Positions 42,369 through 50,583 of a stretch of DNA of 64,000 bases are shown piece after piece. The position numbers were made by a program, and so were the translations under genes. Positions within the stretch are counted from its first letter, which is position 1, and each line of letters begins with the position of its first letter. Source of the stretch: Gammaproteobacteria bacterium. GTDB lineage: Bacteria; Pseudomonadota; Gammaproteobacteria; Steroidobacterales; Rariloculaceae. Under the pieces are notes generated by a model that saw nothing but the letters and a program-made list of their open reading frames with translations, did not search any database and was not told the origin of the DNA. The stretch is from contig CAUZMW010000001.1 in the NCBI GenBank assembly GCA_963581225.1, forward strand, positions 3,405-67,404, in the 5' to 3' direction.

Positions 42369-42716
42369 ATGAAAAAGATCAGAACTATCGCAACCGCTAG
42401 TCTTCTAATACTCGGACTAGCCAGCGCCTCGAACGCTCTCGCGATGCGTTGCGGCACTAGGCTCATCTCCAAAGGCGACCATATATCAAAACTACTGCGT
42501 TACTGTGGCGAGCCGGATTTTGCGCAAACTCGCTCGGCTCAGCGGTCATATTACAACCGCTTCGGTCAAGTACTCTTTACAGGTTTTTATGAGGAGGTCT
42601 TGATCCAGGAATGGACCTTCAACCTTGGGCCGAATAAATTGATGCGCGTCGTCAAGATGGAGAATGGCGTCGTTACCGACGTTCGGCATCTCGGCTACGG
42701 CTATACCCGACGCTGA
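42369..42716 (+). CDS. DUF2845-like small periplasmic protein
   Basis: Signal peptide, then MRCGTRLISKGDHISKLLRYCGEPD, the Cys-pair motif I associate with DUF2845. Confidence 0.6.
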   Translation: MKKIRTIATASLLILGLASASNALAMRCGTRLISKGDHISKLLRYCGEPDFAQTRSAQRSYYNRFGQVLFTGFYEEVLIQEWTFNLGPNKLMRVVKMENGVVTDVRHLGYGYTRR

Positions 42717-42749
42717 ACACCCACAGACGTCGTACTCGACTGATCTCCG

Positions 42750-43028
42750 TTAGCCGGTCGTGCCGGTTCGCAGACTAGGCACTTCTTCGAACTCATAGCC
42801 GATGACATCGCGGGTGTCCGGGTTCACAATCGCCTTGCCGCGGCGAAAACACCCGGTTGTGCTCGCCGTCTGATCGAATTCTTCCGCAGACTTTACCGTC
42901 TCGAGCGTGACATGCCCGTCGGCATCCCGCACCAGACGCTGCGCGCCAGCGACGAAATCGTGCGGCTGCCAGCGTTCGTCATCCGAATTCCCAAGTAATA
43001 GCGCGATGGTTTCTGTATCGTCGTTCAT
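42750..43028 (-). CDS. hypothetical protein (92 aa)
   Basis: Track ORF with coding-like composition. No motif recognised. Confidence 0.4.
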   Translation of the reverse strand: MNDDTETIALLLGNSDDERWQPHDFVAGAQRLVRDADGHVTLETVKSAEEFDQTASTTGCFRRGKAIVNPDTRDVIGYEFEEVPSLRTGTTG

Positions 43029-43150
43029 TGTCGCCGGCCTTCCTTAGCTTGACTGCCATTACCTAGCAAGGCGCGTGCCAGAGACTGTAATGGTTTTTAA
43101 ATTAACTGGTTAGAGGACGGCCCACCGAGCGGGGCGCCCAAATGGGGCAC

Positions 43151-43496
43151 ATGTTGACGCGGATTGACAACTTCGGCACCGGCTACTCCTCTTAGCACCC
43201 TACAACAGTTCCCAATCAGTACGCTGAAGATCGACAAATCATTCGTTCGCGATGTCGCCGTGGACGAAGACGACGCGACGATCGTGGCGACGATCATCAA
43301 AATTGCACGCAGTCTGAAAATGGCTGTCGTCGCGGAAGGCGTCGAGTCGCAGGAACAGTTGGAATTTCTACGCGAACACGACTGTGATTACGTCCAGGGT
43401 CACCTGTTTGGCGACCCGATGACCGCCGAAGGCCTGTTGGAACTGCTCATCGATCAGGAGGAGGGCAGTAATCAATATCAGGCGCTGTTCGGCTGA
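43151..43496 (+). pseudogene. Remnant of an EAL (c-di-GMP phosphodiesterase) domain gene: C-terminal third only, with an internal frameshift
   Basis: Frame 1 reads ...MLTRIDNFGTGYSS then a TAG (43193-43195). Frame 2 (track ORF 43164..43496) continues LSTLQQFPISTLKIDKSFVRDV...VVAEGVESQEQLEFLREHDCDYVQGHLFGDP. Together these match the DDFGTGYSSL...KIDRSF...AEGVE...QGY end of EAL domains. No upstream part of the gene exists. Confidence 0.75.
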
Positions 43497-43616
43497 GTTC
43501 CTCGAGCCGCGCCGGTCCCCGCTCGGGAGGTCGAGACAAGGTCGAGACTTGGTATCACCAGAGCCCCTGGGGTATAGTTGCGCGCATAAGAACCCAAGTG
43601 TTGCCGAGGTAACAAC

Positions 43617-43982
43617 ATGAATTCACTGAAGTTTCTCCTTGTATTAGTGGCGGGCAGTTCGGCGGGAGTCAGCCTGGCATGCGATTACCCTGCTCTGATA
43701 ACCGTTCCGGACGGCCAGAGTTCGACTATGGAAGAACTGATCACGGCGCAGGCGGGCGTCCGGTCCTACATCGCCGGTATGGAGGCCTACCTGGCGTGTG
43801 TGAATGAGGAACTAGATGCCACTGGCAACAATGCACCGACTGAGTACAAAGCCATCATGTTCTCTCGGCACAACGCCGCCGTCGCCGAAATGGAGGCAGT
43901 CGCTGCCGCATTCAACGAGCAGGTCCAAGCCTATAAAGAAGCGAACCCAGAGCCTACCGCGCCCGCCGGGATGGGCAATTAG
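43617..43982 (+). CDS. small secreted hypothetical protein (121 aa)
   Basis: Signal peptide MNSLKFLLVLVAGSSAGVSLA/C, helical body with two Cys. No family recognised. Confidence 0.55.
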   Translation: MNSLKFLLVLVAGSSAGVSLACDYPALITVPDGQSSTMEELITAQAGVRSYIAGMEAYLACVNEELDATGNNAPTEYKAIMFSRHNAAVAEMEAVAAAFNEQVQAYKEANPEPTAPAGMGN

Positions 43983-44061
43983 TAAGCGTCGTAATCAACT
44001 TATAGCCGAACACGATGACGAGTATCGTCAAGGCGAACTCGAATGGATTATCGCGATCTCT

Positions 44062-44463
44062 CTAGTCTTTGAGGGACTCGAATTCTCGGTCGAGCTTGAA
44101 GCGGCTTGACGTCAGATATTTCTCCATTCGCTGCAGCCGCGCATCCATTTCCCGGAAACGATGTCTCACACTGTCCAGGGTCGCGTGAGGCGCGGAGCGC
44201 ACCTGGCGTTGCAGAGAGTCAGCATCGGCATTGGTTGGTCTACCGAGGCTACGAAGTCTTTTTGGCAGCAACAACACCAGCAAAAAGTAGGCGACAAAGG
44301 TCGGGAAAGCAAAGAAGAAAAGGCTGAGCGCGGTGACGATTCGCGTGATCGCAAGATCGAAACCGAAGTACTCCGCGATGCCGGCGCAGACACCGAGAAT
44401 GCATCCTTTGTCCCGGTCACGATAAAGCCGTCGTCCACCCATAAGATGTGTAGATCCACTCAT
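44062..44463 (-). CDS. pspC: envelope stress response membrane protein PspC
   Basis: LYRDRDKGCILGVCAGIAEYFGFDLAITRIVTALSLFF plus the C-terminal LQRMEKYLTSSRFKLDREF align with E. coli PspC. Confidence 0.88.
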   Translation of the reverse strand: MSGSTHLMGGRRLYRDRDKGCILGVCAGIAEYFGFDLAITRIVTALSLFFFAFPTFVAYFLLVLLLPKRLRSLGRPTNADADSLQRQVRSAPHATLDSVRHRFREMDARLQRMEKYLTSSRFKLDREFESLKD

Positions 44464-44687
44464 GATCGTTTCCTCCAGTCCGGGACTTCATCTTCGAGAA
44501 TGGCCTCCAGCGAGCTCAAGCGACTCTCCATACGCTGACCGGTCCGCCACAAGTCCTCCAGCATCTGCTCTTCGTCTGCCGACAGGCCACGGGTCGCTTT
44601 CCACTTCGTGATGTAGTGCATGATGATCGCGAGGGGTAAAACGCAAACCCCAATCGCGGCCATAAAGACAATAAGTACAACTTCCAT
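44460..44687 (-). CDS. pspB: envelope stress response membrane protein PspB
   Basis: 75 aa. A TM helix, then LSADEEQMLEDLWRTGQRMESRLSSLEAILEDEVPDWRKR, closely parallel to E. coli PspB. Confidence 0.88.
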   Translation of the reverse strand: MEVVLIVFMAAIGVCVLPLAIIMHYITKWKATRGLSADEEQMLEDLWRTGQRMESRLSSLEAILEDEVPDWRKRS

Positions 44688-44693
44688 CGTTTG

Positions 44694-45332
44694 CTATCCT
44701 GCATCGGAGTTTTCTGACACACGTCTCGCGCCAAGGTCGTAGGACTCGACATGGCCCTCGACGCCGTCTATCCGCCGTTCGAAACCCTCGAATCGGACCA
44801 GCGCATCATCAATCCTTCGGTCGCGTATCCTTTTTCGAACTTCCAGCTGGCAGCTGACGGTCTCATGCCTGGCCAGCAGAGCCTCCTGCTGAACCTTCGC
44901 GTCCGCCAATTTATCTTCGAGCCGGCCGACGTCGGCGTTGAGTTTCTCAAGGCCTTCATCCAGCGCAGCGCGGGTCGCCGCCAACGCATCGATAGCCTTA
45001 CGGGCGCGAGATTTCTCGGCAAGTGCCGCCTTGGCCAGATCGTCACGACCTTTGTCGATGGCGAGTTCGGCCTTCGCTTGCCAGTCATCGGCTTCTTCGT
45101 GGAGAGCTTTCAACGTCCGCGAGGACTCTTTCCGGTCGGCGATCGACCGTGCCGCCGCGGAGCGAACCTCGACGAGCGTATCCTCCATCTCCTGGATCAT
45201 AAGCCGCACGATCTTTTCTGGATCTTCGGCCTTATCCAGAATGGCATTGATATTGGAATTTACGATATCAGTGAAGCGTAAAAAACGCCCATGGCTAAGC
45301 CCTCTGCAGTAACGTTCCGTTACCGTGTTCAT
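44694..45332 (-). CDS. pspA: phage shock protein A (PspA/IM30 family); N-terminus uncertain
   Basis: RFTDIVNSNINAILDKAEDPEKIVRLMIQEMEDTLVEVRSAAAR is canonical PspA. The conventional MGVF start (ATG at complement 45292, GAGGG SD) is one base out of frame, next to an A6/T6 run (45280-45285). The only in-frame start is ATG 45332, which adds 14 residues. Confidence 0.85.
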   Translation of the reverse strand: MNTVTERYCRGLSHGRFLRFTDIVNSNINAILDKAEDPEKIVRLMIQEMEDTLVEVRSAAARSIADRKESSRTLKALHEEADDWQAKAELAIDKGRDDLAKAALAEKSRARKAIDALAATRAALDEGLEKLNADVGRLEDKLADAKVQQEALLARHETVSCQLEVRKRIRDRRIDDALVRFEGFERRIDGVEGHVESYDLGARRVSENSDAG

Positions 45333-45732
45333 TGTCAGTTCTCAGGTTGCGCTGTCTGTGATCCGTTTTCCTGCTTCTCTTTATCTTTTCCGTATTGCGC
45401 ACAACATCCTCGTCGATCACTACCGCCGTGCAGGTCGGCTGCCTGAGCTAACGTCGACGGAACATCTGGAACTACCGGATCCCGGCGCCGGTCCGGAGCG
45501 TGAGTTCACACAGTCCGAAATGCGCGCGGCAATCTCCGGGGCACTTGCCGATCTACCGGCCGCGCAGCGCGAAACATTCCTGCCCCACGAGGAAGCGGGC
45601 TTAACGTTGGAGCAAATTGCCACGATTGTCGGTACGGCCCGCAAGACGATCAAAAGCCGCCTGCGTTATGCCTTGAATCGGTTGCGGCGAGATCTGCGCG
45701 AACGGGAGGCCGTGGAGGTGAGACAGGCATGA
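45325..45732 (+). pseudogene. ECF sigma-70 family factor lacking most of region 2 (5'-truncated)
   Basis: The ORF begins only about 20 codons before LYLFRIAHNILVDHYRR (end of region 2) and has an intact region 4 (LPAAQRETFLPHEEAGLTLEQIATIVGTARKTIKSRLRYALNRLR). An in-frame TAA lies at about 45309. The upstream space is occupied by pspA on the opposite strand. Confidence 0.65.
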
Positions 45733-46304
45733 ATATACGAGAGTCGAAGAACACATTGCCCGAAGCGGAGCAGGTATCGAGTGCGTATCGTGCGGCGAAC
45801 TTCGACGAAGAACCGCCGGCCGAGCTGGATCGCACGGTACTTGCGGCAGCAAACCGACATCGACGACGCCCGTTGGCGTCCTATCTGCCATCGCTCGCTC
45901 TCGCGGCAACCGTGGTGTTATCGGTTTCCCTGGTATTGACATCCGGCGTGTTGAATGAGAACACGGAGATCTTCTCGGATGAAGAAGCGGATGCGCCTGG
46001 CATCAGCGCGTTCCGGGCAGTTGAAGTGCGCTCTCGCGAAGCGGTGGACAACAATCGCGACGAGGCCGTCACTCCTACATTGCCTGAACGAGCTCTTCTG
46101 GGTGCGGCCGCCAACACAGCGGCAGCCGTGCAAACGATCTGTAACAACACCGACCGCGAAGAGCCCGTTGCCTGGCTTGGTTGTATTTCAACGATCCTCG
46201 AAGAAGGTAACGAAGACGACGCACGCCGAGAGCTAGCGGCATTCACTCAAGCGTACGCCGACTACCCACTGCCAGCAGATCTCGCCGCGGCGATTGAACC
46301 GTAG
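45729..46304 (+). CDS. putative anti-sigma factor (single-pass membrane protein)
   Basis: ATGA overlap with the sigma gene. It has a cytoplasmic N-terminus, one TM (LPSLALAATVVLSVSLVLT) and a periplasmic tail. The assignment rests on position and topology only. Confidence 0.5.
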   Translation: MNIRESKNTLPEAEQVSSAYRAANFDEEPPAELDRTVLAAANRHRRRPLASYLPSLALAATVVLSVSLVLTSGVLNENTEIFSDEEADAPGISAFRAVEVRSREAVDNNRDEAVTPTLPERALLGAAANTAAAVQTICNNTDREEPVAWLGCISTILEEGNEDDARRELAAFTQAYADYPLPADLAAAIEP

Positions 46305-46382
46305 CCAGGGATGCGTAGGTTGCCATGCTAAGATCTGCGCCCCTTCTTACAGATTCATGTTATTCGCGGAGCGTACATTCAG

Positions 46383-47372
46383 ATGACTACGGAGACGAAC
46401 ACCCCCGTCCGTATTGCGATTACGGGCGCCGCCGGACAGATCGGCTATCAGCTAGCTTTTAGAATCGCATCGGGGCAACTATTCGGACCTGATCAACAAG
46501 TCATTCTGCAGTTACTGGAGATAGCGCCGGCGATGAACGCCCTGAATGGTGTCGCAATGGAGCTGGACGATTGCGCTTTCGACACGCTGGACAGCGTCAT
46601 CGTAACGGATCAGGCGGAAGTCGCCTTCCGCAATATTCAATGCGCATTGCTCGTTGGCGCGAAACCGCGAACGGCTGACATGGAGCGTAAGGATCTGCTC
46701 CTCGGTAACGCGCAGATTTTCTCTGCGCAGGGCAAGGCACTGAACGAAGTGGCAGCGCGGGATGTCAAAGTTCTGGTCGTCGGTAATCCGGCGAATACGA
46801 ATGCATTGATCGCGCGCGAGAACGCCCCTGATCTGGACCCTCGGAACTTCACGGCCATGATGCGCCTGGATCACAACCGCGCCAAAGCACAGCTCGCGAC
46901 AAAAACAGGCACACATGTTTCCAATGTGCACGGCATGATCATCTGGGGCAATCATTCGGCGACTCAGTATCCCGACATCTCCCACGCAACCATTGGCTCA
47001 GAAGCCGCCGCGACCCAAGTCTCGGATGATTGGTACCGCGATGAGTTCATCCCCACCGTGCAACAGCGTGGCACGGCCATCATCAAGGCTCGGGGTGCCT
47101 CCTCTGCCGCATCGGCCGCATCGGCGGCCATCGATCACGTACGCGATTGGGCATTGGGCACCGATGGTGACGATTGGGTCAGTATGGGAGTTGCTTCCGA
47201 CGGTAGTTACGGAATTGCCGAGGGCGTCGTCTACTCCTACCCTGTGACCTGCGCTAACGGAACCTATAGCGTCGTTCAGGGTCTGGACATCAGCGACTTT
47301 AGTCGGGGGAAAATGGATGCGACCGATGTGGAACTTCGAGAGGAGCGGGAAAACGTAGCGGAGCTTTTCTAG
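46383..47372 (+). CDS. mdh: malate dehydrogenase (LDH-like 'long' MDH clade)
   Basis: [52 protein letters not shown], 329 aa. Confidence 0.92.
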   Translation: MTTETNTPVRIAITGAAGQIGYQLAFRIASGQLFGPDQQVILQLLEIAPAMNALNGVAMELDDCAFDTLDSVIVTDQAEVAFRNIQCALLVGAKPRTADMERKDLLLGNAQIFSAQGKALNEVAARDVKVLVVGNPANTNALIARENAPDLDPRNFTAMMRLDHNRAKAQLATKTGTHVSNVHGMIIWGNHSATQYPDISHATIGSEAAATQVSDDWYRDEFIPTVQQRGTAIIKARGASSAASAASAAIDHVRDWALGTDGDDWVSMGVASDGSYGIAEGVVYSYPVTCANGTYSVVQGLDISDFSRGKMDATDVELREERENVAELF

Positions 47373-47402
47373 GCGCTCCGCTAGAGGTTTAGGAGAGATA
47401 AC

Positions 47403-49931
47403 GTGGCGACTCTGTTCTGGCTCATCGTTATTCTTGGCACCTGCCTCGCTCTGGCCTATCACCGAGTCGAGCTGAAGATCTCCACTGCCGCTGTCGGCGC
47501 CGTGGTCATCGCTTACACGCTCCTGGGCGAGAGCACGCTCTGGGCCATTGTCCTCTGGCTCGCCTTCGCGCCGTTGGCGACGTTAAACGTTGAGTCGCTC
47601 CGGCGTGAGCACCTGACCTTTCCGCTACTGAACATTTTTCGGACGATGGTGCCGTCACTCTCCCGCACGGAGCGCGATGCGCTCGAGGCAGGTAATGTCT
47701 GGTGGGAGGGCGAGCTGTTCTCCGGCAAGCCCGATTGGCGACGGCTGACAGAACTGCCGGCACCCAAATTGACCGATGAAGAGCAGGCCTTCCTGGACGG
47801 GCCGACTGAAGAACTGTGCCGAATGCTCAACGACTGGGAAGTGACACACCAGCTACTCGATCTGTCGAGCGAGGTCTGGGCGTTTATCAAGAAAGAACGC
47901 TTCTTCGCCATGATCATTCCGAAGGAGTACGGCGGCCTCGGCTTCTCGCCGCTGGCGAATTCAGTTGTTCTAACGAAACTCTCGTCACGCAACGGCACGG
48001 CTTCTTCCACGATCGGCGTCCCTAACTCCCTCGGGCCGGCAGAATTGCTATTGCACTACGGCACCGAAGAGCAGAAGCAGCGCTGGCTTCCCGGGCTGGC
48101 TTCGGCCGAAGAGATACCGTGTTTCGCCCTGACTTCGCCGCGAGCAGGCTCGGATGCCACCGCAATCGTGGACTCAGGAGTCGTCTGCAAGGGCTCCTTC
48201 GACGGCAAACGAATCATCGGTATCCGCCTGAACTGGGATAAGCGCTATATCACCCTCGCGCCCATCGCTACCGTACTTGGACTCGCGTTTAAGCTCTATG
48301 ACCCGGATCACCTTCTTGGCGATCGTGACGAATACGGCATTACGGCCGCGTTGATTCCAACCAATCTTCCGGGCGTGACGTTCGGCCGCCGGCATCTCCC
48401 GGTCGGTATGCCGTTCCAGAATGGTCCCACCCAGGGTAAAGACGTGTTCGTCCCGCTGGATGCGATTATCGGCGGACCCGAAATGGCGGGTCAGGGATGG
48501 CGAATGCTGGTTGAGTTGCTCTCGGTGGGGCGCGGCATCACGTTGCCGAGCAACGCGTTGGGCGGCGCCAAGGCTGCCGTGTACGCGACCGGCGCGTACG
48601 CGCGTATCCGCCGCCAGTTCAATCTACCGATCGGAAAATTTCACGGCGTCGGCGAGGTCCTGGCGAGAATGGCCGGCAAGACCTACATCATGACCGCCGC
48701 ATCGCAAGTTACTTGTGCGGCCCTGAATTCGGGAGAGAAACCAGCCGTCCCTACCGCTATTTTGAAGTACCACAACACGGAATTCGGGCGAGACGTTGCC
48801 ATCGATGCGATGGATGTGCATGGCGGCAAGGGCATCATGCTGGGACCCAGTAACTATCTCGCCCGCAACTACGAATCCGTGCCTATTGGCGTTACGGTCG
48901 AGGGCGCGAATATTCTCACTCGAAGCCTGATCATCTTCGGCCAGGGCGCCGTCCGCTGTCATCCTTTCGTCCTCCCCGAACTGGAAGCCGCAGCCGACGA
49001 GGATAAGGAACGCGGCCTGATAGAGTTCGATCGATTGCTTTTTAAACACATCGGTTACGCGGTATCGAATGCCGTGCGCTCGCTCGTAATGGGGTTAACG
49101 CTGTCTAAGTTTACCAACGTTCCCGCGAGCGGCTGGATTAGGCGTTATTACCAGCGCGTGAATCGCTACAGCGCGTCATTCGCACTGGCAACCGATATCG
49201 CCATGCTCACTCTGGGTGGAGAGCTCAAGCGTAAGGAGCTCCTCTCGGCCCGGCTCGGCGATGTACTAAGCTATCTCTACCTCGTTTCGATGGTACTCAA
49301 GCACTATCAGGATCAAGGCTCTCCGGAGGCCGATCGACCCTTGGTCGAGTGGTCGTGCCGCATGCTTTTCTACAGGACGCAGGAACAGCTACACAGCTTC
49401 TTACGAAATTTTCCCAATCGCTGGATCGCCGCCGGGCTGCGGCTTTTTATCTTCCCGCGTGGCCGAACCTTCTCGTCTCCATCCGATGAACTCGGTCAAG
49501 AACTCGTGGAACTCATTATTAACCCAACAGATGCTCGCGAACGGCTGTGCGCGGATATCTACAAGACCCCAGAGCCCAGCAATCCCCTGAGCTTACTGCA
49601 GGAAGCATTGCAACTCGCCGAGAAAATGAAACCGCTGGAACGGAAGGTATTCGACGCGAAGCGCCGTGGCGCTCTTCGCGCCGACGACACGCCGGGGCAG
49701 ATCGAAGAGGCAAGAAAACACGGCATCATCAGCGCCGCGGAAGCAAAACAGATAATGGCCTTCGATCGGCAAGTCATGGCGCTCATTGCTGTAGACGATT
49801 TTTCCCCCGAGGATCTAACGCGCAGCGCGCCCGACGTTCGGGAGAAACCCCGCCGGAAGCCCACGGCGAAGAAGAAAGCCAAGCGAAAGACTAGCGGCAG
49901 CGCGAAGAAGCGCCCAAGCACATCAGACTAA
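47403..49931 (+). CDS. fadE: large membrane-associated acyl-CoA dehydrogenase
   Basis: The N-terminal hydrophobic region plus MVPSLSRTERDALEAGNVWWEGELFSGKPDW parallels E. coli FadE. An ACAD core and a DUF1974-like C-domain follow, with an extra Lys/Arg-rich tail. GTG start. Confidence 0.88.
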   Translation: MATLFWLIVILGTCLALAYHRVELKISTAAVGAVVIAYTLLGESTLWAIVLWLAFAPLATLNVESLRREHLTFPLLNIFRTMVPSLSRTERDALEAGNVWWEGELFSGKPDWRRLTELPAPKLTDEEQAFLDGPTEELCRMLNDWEVTHQLLDLSSEVWAFIKKERFFAMIIPKEYGGLGFSPLANSVVLTKLSSRNGTASSTIGVPNSLGPAELLLHYGTEEQKQRWLPGLASAEEIPCFALTSPRAGSDATAIVDSGVVCKGSFDGKRIIGIRLNWDKRYITLAPIATVLGLAFKLYDPDHLLGDRDEYGITAALIPTNLPGVTFGRRHLPVGMPFQNGPTQGKDVFVPLDAIIGGPEMAGQGWRMLVELLSVGRGITLPSNALGGAKAAVYATGAYARIRRQFNLPIGKFHGVGEVLARMAGKTYIMTAASQVTCAALNSGEKPAVPTAILKYHNTEFGRDVAIDAMDVHGGKGIMLGPSNYLARNYESVPIGVTVEGANILTRSLIIFGQGAVRCHPFVLPELEAAADEDKERGLIEFDRLLFKHIGYAVSNAVRSLVMGLTLSKFTNVPASGWIRRYYQRVNRYSASFALATDIAMLTLGGELKRKELLSARLGDVLSYLYLVSMVLKHYQDQGSPEADRPLVEWSCRMLFYRTQEQLHSFLRNFPNRWIAAGLRLFIFPRGRTFSSPSDELGQELVELIINPTDARERLCADIYKTPEPSNPLSLLQEALQLAEKMKPLERKVFDAKRRGALRADDTPGQIEEARKHGIISAAEAKQIMAFDRQVMALIAVDDFSPEDLTRSAPDVREKPRRKPTAKKKAKRKTSGSAKKRPSTSD

Positions 49932-50009
49932 TTCCAGCGCGGGCGCCGTCACAGAAGCCGCTATGCGGGTGGCTGTGCTACATTTGCGGTCCACCGATAC
50001 CCTCTTGCA

Positions 50010-50513
50010 GTGGAGAATCTTATGCTCACTCGTTCGCTCATGACCCTAGTCTGTTGTCTGGCAGTGACAGGCTGTAGCCAGGAGGCCAGCGAGCCGGCGA
50101 GTGAGGCCCCAGCAGCGGCTGCGGCACCCGCACCCGCGCCGGCACCGACACTGCCGCGGCAAACATCCCCGCAGGGAGCGATGGTCTATATCATCTCCCC
50201 TGAAGACGGCGAAGAAGTTCAGAGTCCCGTCACGGTTGTATTCGGTATCAAGGGCGCAGGTATCGCGCCAGCCGGTATCAACCTGCCGAGTACCGGCCAT
50301 CATCACCTGATCGTCGATAGCGAACTCGCGAGCATGGCCACGCCGATTCCGGCCGATGCTCAGCATATTCACTTTGGCGGCGGGCAGACAGAGGCTACCG
50401 TGGAGCTGTCGGCAGGTGAGCACGTACTGCAGCTCGCGCTCGGTGATTATCTCCATATTCCCCACGATCCGCCATTGCTATCCGATCCGGTTACAGTACA
50501 GGTGGTTGAATGA
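50010..50513 (+). CDS. DUF4399-like periplasmic lipoprotein
   Basis: Lipobox LAVTGC. The blocks GHHHLIVD and HIHFGGGQTE...GEHVLQLALGD are what I associate with DUF4399. Met5 (50022) is an alternative start. Confidence 0.65.
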   Translation: MENLMLTRSLMTLVCCLAVTGCSQEASEPASEAPAAAAAPAPAPAPTLPRQTSPQGAMVYIISPEDGEEVQSPVTVVFGIKGAGIAPAGINLPSTGHHHLIVDSELASMATPIPADAQHIHFGGGQTEATVELSAGEHVLQLALGDYLHIPHDPPLLSDPVTVQVVE

Positions 50514-50583
50514 CGGGACTCCGGGGTCGAAAATAGCGTCGGAGTAGTTCAGGTGACAGCATAGCGGTTCCTAGGAGTCAGGC

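Noticed and set aside
45293-45420. Sigma-54 promoter upstream of pspA.
   Set aside because: - Only bare GG-N10-GC spacing matches were found (e.g. cGGATCAcagacAGCg), with none of the flanking consensus.
- This is not sufficient evidence to call a promoter.
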